A stretch of 64,000 nt of DNA from Convolutriloba macropyga. Its lineage: Eukaryota. Positions 26,498 through 39,000 of the stretch are shown here, piece by piece. Positions within the stretch are counted from its first letter, which is position 1, and each line of letters opens with the position of its first letter. The stretch spans positions 2,480,001 to 2,544,000 of the forward strand of contig NC_134475.1 of assembly GCF_964194025.1 (NCBI RefSeq), in the 5' to 3' direction. A program made the position numbers and the translations under genes. The notes under the pieces were generated by a model, which saw only the letters and a list, made by a program, of their open reading frames with translations, searched no databases and was not told where the DNA came from.

Positions 26498-27063
26498 ACA
26501 ATACCCGCTGGTTGATATTATGGTCTCGATGTGTTAGAAAATAAAAAAAGGTATTGTAATGTTTTGAGCTGAAATCTACAGCAATTTATTTCAATAGTTT
26601 TTCATAATTGATTGACGTCCGTAAAAATTAATTTTCCGGAAGTTTTTCCTAAATTTGCAGCTGGAAGTGTCTAAGATTGATCGTTTAATAGGCCGTTTAT
26701 ATGATTTATAGCAGTTGAAATTAGCATTAAGTTGTCACCTTTAAAACAACTGTTTGCTTTTTCAGATTGTTAAAATGTCTGCTCTTGTAAATATGATGTG
26801 TAGCTGATATAGATAAGTGCTGGCGTGAGTCCATTATCAAATTGTTTTTAATGAAAAACCAGTTTACGACAAGCAATTCAAACCATAAATCGTTTACAAT
26901 GGAAAAGATCCATAAATCTTTTACAATGGAAAATATCCCTGGAAATTCAACCGAGAACACCTGTTCTTTATTTGACCGTATCTGACTTCCGAGACTGTAG
27001 TAACTTCAATTGGCCTTAATTGAATATCCTTAAGCTATCATTGCTTGAACAAGTCATAGGAAA

Positions 27064-30000
27064 ATGAGTGGGGGTGCTGTAGAGGCAGCAAAGAAGCACC
27101 AGTGTTCAGTTTGGGCTAAAAAGGTCGAAGCAGCCTGCGAAGAAGACAAGTGGGGACAAGTTCTAGATGCAGCTGAACAGTATGAGCAGGTTAGTTTCAT
27201 TCCAATTACTTTTAAGAAAATAACAAGAGGTCTCCTGTGTCCTTGAGCGGCACTTAATGTTCAACCAGACCTCCCTAAAAGACTCTCAGTTCTTCACAAT
27301 CGTGTGAAAAAAAATATTTATACATTTTTGCCTATAAATGAAGTTTTTGCCTAGTGGTAAATTTATAAAACGCAAGAGCAACACTGCTTTTTTATTACTC
27401 CACATATATACATGAGCTTGTAATACTTACTTGAACAATGTAATACTGAACAATGATCATTTAGGAATTCTGCCGTTCTCTAAGAAAAATATAAAACAGA
27501 GGAAAATTTAGTTTTAATAAAGTTATTCGAGTTCATTTTGTTTGTAAATTTGTGCAATGAAGAATCCATTTTTGTTTTTGTGGCTGTTTTATCATCGTTT
27601 TATGCACTCGCAACCCACTGAACTCTGATGTGTTGCCGTAAATGTTAGAATATCGATCAAACTATAGTCTTAAACTTAGTGAGAATTAGAAAGAAAGTTT
27701 GACTTACCAGATTAGAAAGACAAGCAATATGACTTCGATCAAAGAAATTATATAAATGAATCGTCAAGAAATGGTGCTTATAATCAATATTCGGTTCAAA
27801 TTGGTGAATCTAGATAACTATTTTTAGAGTTAGATTAATTGATGTAAAATCTTCCCAGCATGTATTAAATGATGATGATATCTCCGGAAGTGTGAATGAA
27901 TTCTTAGAAAAGTGCAAATGCATTCCATTTATGGTTCCCTTTGCGACTGATTTGCAGAAGCAAACCATATTGGGTAACCTTTGCGACCCCCACTATAAAT
28001 CACGGTGCTAAGATTAGTTTTGTATCTTGACCTTTTCACACTGATAATGGGTATATATACAGCTGATTTTTGAGTCCTTTTTCATCCCCAAATTCAAATC
28101 ACCATCTTGATCTAATAATCAGATCTCTCCTGTAAATCTCTAAATTCTACTGTAAAATATCATTTTGTTATTCTCTCATTTTTTGAGAAATTAATTCTTT
28201 TACTTAGTTAAAAAACGCTTTTTATTCCGCTTGCGAAAGTCCATAACCCAACAGGTTATGGGCCCAGCAATTTTCTAAGTCATAAAATTGATTTCCAAAA
28301 CAAAACTAATTTGTTGTTGACAGTCATAATCTTGTTGACAGTCATAATCCTTTTCTGCTTATTACCTTTTCTTTTCACAACTGTTTTGCCTGCTCAAACT
28401 CCAATGGATCAACAGACAGTGAAGCTGCTGACCTACACAGGAAAGGCACAGGACTTTCCAATCTGGAGCACAAGATTTGTGGCGATGATGCAGACCAAGG
28501 GACTCTACAAATGACTACTGGGGACAGAGGAGCAACCCAATGAGCCTGCGCCACTGGCCAAGGGGGCAACCAATGATGAGAAGAAGAACCACAAGGTGCT
28601 GAAGGATGCATATGAGAAGGAAGTTGGGACATCAAGAAGAAACGGAACAATGTGTGGTGCCATCTGGCACTGACTCTAGATGCAACAACCCTCATGCTGA
28701 TGAGACATGACTGTGTGGGAGATGATGGCATTGGAGATGGAGCAAAGGCTTGGAAGCTTTTGCAAGAGAGATTTCAGAGTGTGGAGACGCCGACAGTGGT
28801 GACTTTAGTGGCACAGCTTGCTCGACTGCAGCTCGAGAATTCTGAGGATTTGGACAGCTTCTTCATCAGAGGACAGGAGTTGCTCACAAGGCTACAAGAA
28901 GCAGGGGAAGCAGTCTCAGAGACCCTCTTCAACGCCTTGGTCCTCAATGGTCTGCCAATGAGGTATGAAAGTTTTGTTATACAGGAAAGCTTCAACCCGG
29001 CAACGAACTTCACAGAGTTGAGGAAAAGGCTGCAGAACTTTCATAAGAGTGCGGTGCAGAGACACAAGGGACAAAGTGGTTCAGTGGCACTGGCAGTGAA
29101 GCGTGACTTCAAGAAGGGACCCAAGAAAGGAAACTGCTTTGTGTGTGGGATCCCTGGACACTTTGCCAAGGACTGCAGGAGGAAGGAGACAGCACAATGC
29201 AGCAAGTGTGGTGAGAAGGTTCACCTAGACAGGGCATGCAAGAGACAAAGAGATGGAGGCAAACATGAGTCAATGGCAAGGGGTCCAACATTGGCTACAC
29301 CAGACGAGGAATGCTGGGCAGCTCTTACCCAGTGGAAGACAGCAGGCATGCTAGTGGACAGTGGTTGTACAGATCACATAGTGACGAACATCGATGCGTT
29401 CCTGGACGTTGTGCCCATTCAATCAGTGGTCAGAAATCCCAACGGAGAGGCTTCCAGAGTGGTGGGCAGAGGCTGTGTGAGGATCAGCATACCCTCAAAC
29501 AAAGGAGAATTCCAATGCGAATTCAAAAATGTTCTGTGTGTGCCGGACTATTCTTCAAACCTCCTATCAGTCTCAAGATGCACGGAAGGGGGACATAGCT
29601 TCACTTTCGAGAGAGGAAACTGCTGCATGAAACTCCAGAAGGGAACTCGGGTAAAACTAACACAAGAAAATAATTTGTTTTACTTACCCTTCAGCGTTCT
29701 AGAATTAAAGATGAGTTCCAACAGCGTGAAACTTGACAGTGCAAGGAAGTGGCACAGACGATTGGGTCATTTGAATCAAGCGGATGTGGTCAGGAATGCA
29801 CCAGAGACAGTGGGGAACTCGATGATGTATGCAATTTGTGTGCATTGGCCAAGATCACAAAGACTCCAGTACCAAGAGTGGCAGAGACCCAAGCATAAGA
29901 GAAGCTGGAGAGGGTGTTCACAGACGTGATGGGATCTTTCAGAGTAGAGTCACTGTCAGGGTTCCGGTTCTGCATAGTGTTTGCAGACCAGTACACGAAG

Positions 30001-33000
30001 TTTGTGTTTGTGGAATTGCTTAAGGCAAAGAGTGAAGCATTGGCCAGCGTGAAGAAATTTGTTCTCAGTGTGGGGTAGCCCAAGAAGCTGAGGCAAGACA
30101 ATGCGAAGGAGTTTCTCTCAGAGCAGTTCAAGACGTACTGCTTAGATGCAGGCATTCTACAGGAGAAGACCATACCAGAGACGCCACAACAGAATGGGTT
30201 AGCTGAGAGGTGCAACAGGACACTGCTGGAGATGGCAAGATGTTTGCTCATTGACTGAGGACTTCCCAAGATGATGTGGGGAGCAGCAATTCTTCACGCA
30301 GCAAGGATCAGAAACTTGGTTGTGAGACGAGGAGAAGAAAAATGCCCAGCAGAGCTGATGAGAGGTATAAAACCTAAGCTTCTAATTAGTAAATTATCTA
30401 TTTTTGGTTGCACAGTCTTCATGTCTTCATGAGGAAGAGGGACAGAGAAGTCAGCAAACTTGAACCCAAGGCACTGGAAGGAAAGTTTGTGGGTTACACT
30501 GAAGGAGAAAACGGATACCTGGTGTACATACCCAACACACGCAAGGTGATGGCAGTTCGAGATGTGATCATCAAGGAGTCTGAAGTGGGCTCAATCCCTG
30601 ACAACAAAGAAACGGCTGACCTACTAGATGATGGGTCGGAACTGGGAATCTGGCGCCCAGATGATGGTCATCAAGACGATGACAACAGAGAACGACAGGA
30701 CACATCTACTGCAATAAAGGAGGAGTGGCATGACGCAGGGAGCGTGAATACTCAAGAAACAACACTGAGACAAGAGGCCTCGGATGTTGGAGAAACAGCA
30801 CTAAATGAAGGATCTACTGCAACAAGAGGGAGTCACAGAGTCACTGGAAGACAGTGACACAGAAGACTTCTCACAGTTAGAGACAGTTGGCTTCAATGAA
30901 GATGCACTGGAACACACGGACAGAGCAGAGCCCAGACGAGGGACACGAGCAAGAAATGTTCCTCAATTTTTTGGAGAAATCCGGACCCATCTTGCTGTGA
31001 CTGAGGGCGACTATGTGGAACCCAAAACAGTCTACGAAGCCAAGCAAGGTGACAATTGGGACCAGTGGCACCGGGCAATGAAGGACGAGGTCAAGGCACT
31101 CCAAGACAACGGGACTTGGAACCTAGTGAGACCACCCACAGACATGGACGTCATACCGGGCAAATGGGTCTACAAAGTGAAATTGGGACCCAGTGGTCAA
31201 GTGGACAAATACAAAGCGCGCTATGTGGCGAAAGGCTTCAAACAAGTGGAAGGACTGGACTACTTTGAGACTTTTGCGCCTACCTGCAAGCCAGAGACAT
31301 TCAGGATTCTACTTCAGCTATCAGCGAAGCAGGGCCATGTGATGCACCAATTTGATGTCAAGACTGCTTTCCTGCACTCACCAATCGAGGAAGTGTATTT
31401 GGAACAGCCACAGGAGTTTGTAAAACGCGGATCAGATGGGGAGAAGTTAGTATGTCGACTAAATAAATCAATTTATGGTTTGAAACAGGCTGCTGACAAC
31501 TGGTACAAAGAGCTGGCAAACGTCCTACTGAGACAGGGGTTCACCAGAAGCAGGAACGATCACTTCTTGTTCGCAAGATCAGAGGCAGAGGATGACACCT
31601 TCATCTTGGTCTGGGTTGACGACATCATAGTAGCATCAAGAAGTATGACAGTGGTCTCTGATGTCAAGAAGGCACTAGAAGCAACCTTTCACATGGAAGA
31701 CAGAGGGAGACTACACTGGTTTCTGGGTCTAAGAATCAGACGAGAAGAGGGCAAAGTCACAGTCGACCAAAAACGCTACATAGAAACAATGCTTGAGCGG
31801 TTTCAAATGGATCAATGCAAACCCTCAAGAATTCCAGCTGATTTGAATTTGAAACTGCACAGCACAAAACGGAGACGAAGAAGGACCAGAGGATCTACAG
31901 AAGCTTGGTTGGATCACTTCTGTATCTGGCCAAACAGACGAGGCCAGACATCATGTTCACAGTCAACATTCTGTCCAGACACATGAATGCACCTACCAAT
32001 CAACACTGGATGTGCGGAAAACGACTTCTGCGATATCTTCAAGGTTCAAAAGGTTTAAAACTTACTTACACAAAAGAGGCTAGTTATGATTTAGTGGGGG
32101 AAAGCGATGCAGACTGGTCTGGAGACGTGAACGACAGAAAATCAACAACGGGCTATTACTTCAAGCTCAACGGACGTGGCGCAGCACTCAGCTGGGGTGT
32201 CAAGAAGCAGGCCACAGTTGCTCCTTCTTCATCAGAACCAGAACATCAGGGCATGGCAGCAGCAGTTCAGGAAGCACGCTACCTGAAACAACTTCTAGAG
32301 GATTTTGGCATCCAACAGAAACGTCCAATAGCAATTGGAGAAGACAACCAAAGTTGTATCAGACTCTGCCAAAACCCAGTCATGCACAAAAGGAGCAAGC
32401 ACATCGAAACAAAGTTTCACTTCATCCGGGACAAGACGGAGGATGGGACTATTTCAATTCATTACGTCCCTACAGACAAAATGGCAGCGGACATCTTCAC
32501 AAAGTCCTAACCCGTTTCGAAAGTGGAAACATTCAGAGCAGTTTTGATGGGAACAGACTCTACGCAATCAGATCAAGTCTGAGTGGGGTGCTAGAATATC
32601 GATCAAACTATAGTCTCAAATTTAGTTAGAAAAGTGCAAATGCATTCCATTTATGGTTCCCTTTGCGACTGATTTGCAGAAGCAAACCATATTGGGTAAC
32701 CTTTGCGACCCCCACTATAAATCACGGTGCTAAGATTAGTTTTGTATCTTGGCCTTTTCACACTGATAATGGGTATATATACAGCTGATTTTTGAGTCCT
32801 TTTTCATCCCCAAATTCAAATCACCATCTTGATCTAATAATCAGATCTCACCTGTAAATCTCTTAATTCTACTGTAAAATATCATTTTGTTATTCTCTCA
32901 TTTTTTGAGAAATTAATTCTTTTACTTAGTTAAAAAACGCTTTTTTATTCCGCTTGCGAAAGTCCATAACCCAACAGTAAATTTGTTGTGTAAAGAGCAA

Positions 33001-36000
33001 TTTTGCTCCCACTCGTTTTCCCTCCGAGTTATGCCCCCAAAATTCAGTGAAGGTAAACTTCTTAAGCTTACGCCAGAAACTAAGAAAGTCAATCTCGACA
33101 GTCGTCTGAAAGCAATGCATGAGACTGATTCCAAGAACAAACTTTTTTCTGCATTCTTTACGGCGAACGTGGTTTTATCGCGCAATTTTTTAATTGCTCT
33201 TTAACGAAGTTCATAGCAATTATTATAAACGTGTGTGTTTTTTTATGCAAATTTTTCGCTTGACCGTTTTTGCGCTTTTCTTCTAGAACATTTTTTGACT
33301 TCTCACTTGCCTTTATCACGCTTTCGTTCTTCCTTTTTGAGTGATCTCTATTGCTCTCACTCCGAAGTAAAGCTTGTTGCTAATATAAAGTCGGTTGCAG
33401 CACAGCAACAGGAAGGCGCTGACAGGCGAGTGGGCTGTGCATCTCGTTATGGATCGGGAGGTCAATGGTTCGAATCCCGGCATGGTCGATTGTTTTTCCA
33501 CCCGCCTGTCGTTCGAGAGCCATTCTTCGAACATTAATCGGTTTATGTTTGCTGAAACGAAAGCTGCTATTTTTTGGTTGGGAAGCACTTTTTTGACATG
33601 TCCTCATCTCGTTCCAACTATTGTTGTCCAGCTGTTATTGTTAATAGACCAATTCAAGAGCCTACATCAAAGTTTGTGAAGCATCAGGTTGCTACAGTTA
33701 AGAGTAGCTCTCTTGGAAAAGATGAATCTACGACTCGAAGAGGAGTATTGGTTTTCTCTCGTTTTTTTTTTTACAGGAAGTAGATTTGTTCAGGCGGCAT
33801 TTTGACCTAAAAGCGAAAGTGAGAAAAGCTGTCTTGGTGAACAGATTTTCGCTAAGCGAGAGAAGTTTTTTGATCATGTGCTGCGTTTAGTGAATGACTT
33901 TTTGACTTTGAAAAGTAGTTTTGACTGAATGGCACATATAGATAACCGTTTTTAGACGTTTTTTCGTCTACGTGACCGTTTTTTTGCTTGTAATTTGGTT
34001 TTTTGTTGAAATAATTTTTATTCGATGCTATATTGAAATGTTCGAAAAATTTTGAAAAATTGGTTCGAAAAAATTTTTGTCGATTTTTTGGCTTCAATCA
34101 ACGTGAAATGTTGTGAAACATGTTTTGTAAGTGAAAAAAATTGTCGAAAACACTTTTTTCAAAAACTGAAATTTTGGTCCCCTAGGGGGACAATAACTTA
34201 TAAAAAATTTTGAAAAATTGGTTCGAAAAAATTTTTGTCAATTTTTTGGCTTCAATCAACGTGAAATGTTGTGAAACATATTTTGTGAGTGAAAAAATTT
34301 GTCGAAAACACTTATTTCAAAAATTGAAATTTTGGTCCCATAGGGGGACAATAACTTGTAAAAAATTTTGAAAAATTAGTTCGAAAAAATTTTTGTCGAT
34401 TTTTTGGCTTCAATCAACGTGAAATGTTGTGAAACATGTTTTGTGAGTGAAAAAAATTGTCGGAAACACTTTTTTCGAAAAATGAAATTTTCGTCCCATA
34501 GGAGACAATAACTTGTAAAATTTTTTGAAAAATGGGGCCTAAAAAATTTTCCTTGATTTTTGGCTTTAATCAATGTGAAATGTTGTGAAACATGTTTTGT
34601 GAGTGAAAAAAGTTGTCTGAAACACTTTTTTCGAAAATCGAAATTTTGGTCCCATAGGAGACAATAACTTGTAAAATTTTTTGAAAAATGGGGCCTAAAA
34701 AATTTTCCTTGATTTTGGCTTTAATCAATGTGAAATGTTGTGAAACATGTTTTGTGAGTGAAAAAAGTTGTCTGAAACACTTTTTTCGAAAATCGAAATT
34801 TTGGTCCCATAGGGGGACAATAACTTGTAAAAATTTTTGCAAAATGGGGTCTAAAAAATTTTTGTCAATTTTTTGGCTTTAATCAATGTGAAATGTTATG
34901 AAAATGGGGTCCAAAAATTTTCAACGCTATTTCACTTTTAATCAATATGAGAAGTTGTGAAACACGTTTGGTGTGATAAGCAACAACATTAATCTTAACA
35001 CCACACCCCAAACACTCCGCTAAACATCAGCCAATTACAATTACCTCAAACATACACCACNNNNNNNNNNNNNNNNNNNNNNNNNNNNNNNNNNNNNNNN
35101 NNNNNNNNNNNNNNNNNNNNNNNNNNNNNNNNNNNNNNNNNNNNNNNNNNNNNNNNNNNNNNNNNNNNNNNNNNNNNNNNNNNNNNNNNACATAAATATA
35201 CACATTGATAAAAAAAACCAGAGTTGTACAAGGAAATAATTTTTCACGTAATTATGTGTACAATTATGGTCATAATCACTTATGTCCATAAATGTACACA
35301 TAAATGGGACAAAAACAAAAAAAAATAATAACTAGCCTGTTAGTAGATGTATAAAATCATTAATGATATATTGAGTAGAGAGTCATCGGATCATGCCCAA
35401 ACATGTTCAGGGTCACAAAACTTTCAAAAATAAATTAACCAATCGGAGTGCTTGATTTATTATTCAAGTTGACAACCAATCAGAATTGAAAGATTTATAA
35501 ACAAAAACTCTAAACGCTCACGTTCAGTAAACAGTAAATAATGAACACAATAGGAACAAAAGACATCAAGCTCATTCATGAGAAAGTTTTATCACTGAGA
35601 GGTAACATAAATTTTACACACATATCTTATCGACAATTATATTTCGTAGCTGCTTGTTCTTTGTTAGATCCAGAAGTTGACGGAGAAATAGCACTTAAAT
35701 TTAGACCCTATGGTGGTTTCATTGGAATTGATAATTCAAGACTAGATCCCTTATTGAAACGGAGCAAAGTGCTACGACTTCATGCTGCACTGCATGACGC
35801 CGCTGGATTTATAAAAGATTGCCGAAACAAAGTCCCTGGATATGTTTACGCTTTCCGTTACTCACCAGTAAACAATTGTCTTTTTGGACACCTGACAGGA
35901 ATATTATTCATTCTATCAGTGAAAATTTTTCATTCACAATTGTTTCGTGAATTGGAACGTTAGAAAATTTTGGCAGCAAAACCACAAATATTATTGTCCT

Positions 36001-39000
36001 CGATCTCGAAGGTTTCAACCTCAAGTCACTTGGTTTTATTATTAAAGAACTCAGTTTGTGTTCCAGTTACAACGATACAATATTTTTCAAACCACCGCTT
36101 AAATTTGCTGATTTACCCGCACACGATAGACAAACTGTTATTTGGCTGACCAATAACCTACACGGTCTTGATTGGGACGAAGGTGATATACCTTACTGTG
36201 ATTTGAAAACAATCTGTCTGAGTTTTAGTTTCCGATTCACACGGAAAAACTTTTTTGCTAAAGGCATTGAAAAGTGTGAGCTCCTCAGTAAGCTTTTACA
36301 AAAAACTGTTTATAATCTGGAGGATCTAAATTGTCCCCGAATCTCAGAGATAATATCAGAAGAACAAGTTCCCTCCTGTTATCTTCATTCAAACTTTCGT
36401 TTAACAAACGATCAATTATCAAATCACTGCGCGGAACGTAAAGCAAGAATATTCTCACAGTGGACACAAAGTGATGTACAGAGAAGACACGGCAACTTTA
36501 ACAACTTATCTGTCAGACAACTTGAAGATATTCACTTGCTTGACTCCACTTGACGATCAGCCGATTGTAATATTCAACAGAGTTCAGGATCCCTCTCCAC
36601 CAATACAGAATAATTTTTCAAGTGATCAACAGAACCGAGCGAACTATCTCAACAATAAACCAAACACAGCACAACAACCGCGTTACAACTCGCTTTATAG
36701 CGCAGCAGCAAAACGTTATTTTGCATCCATTACTCTTTCTCCCGACGAACTAGACAGCTTTAGGGCTTTCCTGCCCGTGATAGATAATTTCTATCACTTC
36801 CAACTGTACGTAAAAAATAAACAGAGAGCTCGAGAACATCGGAATCAGTTCAATTATGGCTATGAACAAAACAAACAATAAGCCTATGCAGTCCCCCAAA
36901 GAGCAGCAAATCCCACGTTGGAAGCAATGGGCGGACAAAAAAGTTCCTCAATTTAGATTGAAAAAAACACCACCAGAACGTGAGCTATCACTTATTGAGG
37001 TGCCGAATGAATTGCGATTATATGTCTTGGAGCACCCCGAAGTTGAAAAAATCTTCAGTCAACCATCGTTCGAGGAAAATGACTCATCAACCGTTTGTTA
37101 TAAACTAGAGATAAAAAGTCATATTAAAGGTTTCAATTTGTTTGAGTTCTGGTACATGAAACAGTTGCCCTGAGAATAATTCAAAAATTTAACATTTTGT
37201 ATCATTCTTGTTTCAATTCACTTTTCAATTAATTATTTTTCTCCAATGAATCAAAGAGACGAGGCTGACGCCGGTATCAGTAATTTAGTCTTTGATGTGA
37301 ACAACAAGGAGAGGCCCCCATGGCGTTGTTGTTCAAATTCAACAGTGCCAAGGTCCGAAGTAATATTTTTTGTTCAGGTTAGTATCATTGTCTTAATGAT
37401 CATTCTTTGCTTCTCTATGCTCTTTCTATTATCAGAAAGCTGTGAAGAGAAATCAATTTGGATTGCTCTCTTATCGAGTTTAGTTGGTTACATTTTACCT
37501 AATCCCAAACTATGAACAAAGTTATTCTTACACATGACAGGGTATTCATGTCTATTGTAGGAGCAAGTGGTTGTGGTAAAACAGAACTCTTGTTTCGGAT
37601 GCTAAAAGGTTCGACCTTTTATCCACGTTTTGAGAAAATTTATTATTTTTACAAAGAGTTCCAACCACTTTTCAAAGATATGCAACAAGTTATACCAGGG
37701 ATTGAGTTTCTAAAATACTCAGGCTTTGATATAACAAAAAATCTATCACATTGTCTGCTTATCTATGACGATTCATGTGAAGAAATCTTCAACGATAAAG
37801 AATTTGTAAAAATAGCTACCTCAGGACGTCATCGCAAATTACATGTTATATACGTCAAGCATAATTTGTTACATCAAAGCAAATGGTCCAGAACCATTGA
37901 TCTGAATACAACACACATAATATTATTCAAGTCGCTTCGTGACATTCAACAAATTGAATATCTTGGAAAACAGTTGAATTGTCTCCAACTGATAAAAGAA
38001 GCATACAAACTAGCAACTGCGGAGCCCTTTGGACATTTTATTATTGATCTCGATCCCAAAACCAGTCAGGGTTTACGATTTGCGTCACATATTATTGGAC
38101 CTAATCCTTCAAGTTTTTACATTCCTTCGGAGGAAGCCGTTGTTACATCAATTACGAATGAAAAGGAAACATTTGCTTATGCTCAAGCAATGGGCAAATA
38201 GCACAAACAAGAACTCCAACATTGAATCCGAGTTACTTAAAGACGGCGACTTCATTTGGTTTCTGAGTGACTGTGTGATGAACGTACTCTCTGGAGTTGT
38301 TCCAGTCAATAAAAAAGAACTAAAAAAATTTGAAAAAACTCTGCGTCAACTTTCGAACAGGAAAGTAGGGAAAACTGAACGGTTAAAAATAATTCGATCT
38401 CCCTCGGGCAACAATCTCATTCAACTCATAGCATTACCCTGCATTGAATATCTAGAACAAAATGCATACTGAAGAGTTTGTGTTAATACCTAAACAGATG
38501 TATACAAGAGAACAACCTCATGTCTCTCAATTACTCAGCAACAAAAATATTCACAATCCAGCCAAGCAGATATCACTTCTCCAGAGAAACAAGTCACCAT
38601 CAACTCTCCTTCTGCCTCGCAACAGGATGCAGAACAACAAACTGACGCTTCAGTGGATGATAGAAGTACAATAAACGAGCCTATGGCGAAATCATTTACG
38701 ACAGACAACACATCGACTATCAAAAAAGGAGTGCTGAATGATATTAGAATCTTGAAGGGGATAAAGTTTGAAAGAGCGAATTCAATACTGGACATAATAG
38801 AGGAATCAGATTCTGTTTCCTTGGACTCATCAAAGAGATTGCTTATTAATGGTACAAATACAGAAGTTCTTGCTGCTACGTTTCTTTACAATTTACAGCA
38901 AAACACTTGCAAATTATCTTTCGAACAATTCAGTGTATTAACGCATCTCGATATTGGTTCGCATTTGACTTGTAACACATACGCCAAAAAGTTTCTAAAT

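Larger units (their letters stand above)
27643..32976 (+). mobile_element. Ty1/Copia LTR retrotransposon, full-length but defective, in AIDA intron 1
   Basis: TG...CA LTRs at 27643-28253 and 32589-32976; 5-bp TSD GTAAA at 27638-27642 and 32977-32981; PBS 28254-28267; purine-rich GAGTGGGG just before the 3' LTR; gag-PR-IN-RT-RH order. Confidence 0.97.

Noticed and set aside
33852-34882. Short ORFs in the 158-bp array and other HINE bodies
   Set aside because: Repeat-derived, low complexity, no domain signal.
34975-35060. Left Polinton TIR before the gap
   Set aside because: No reverse-complement match to the right terminus; looks like low-quality contig-end sequence.
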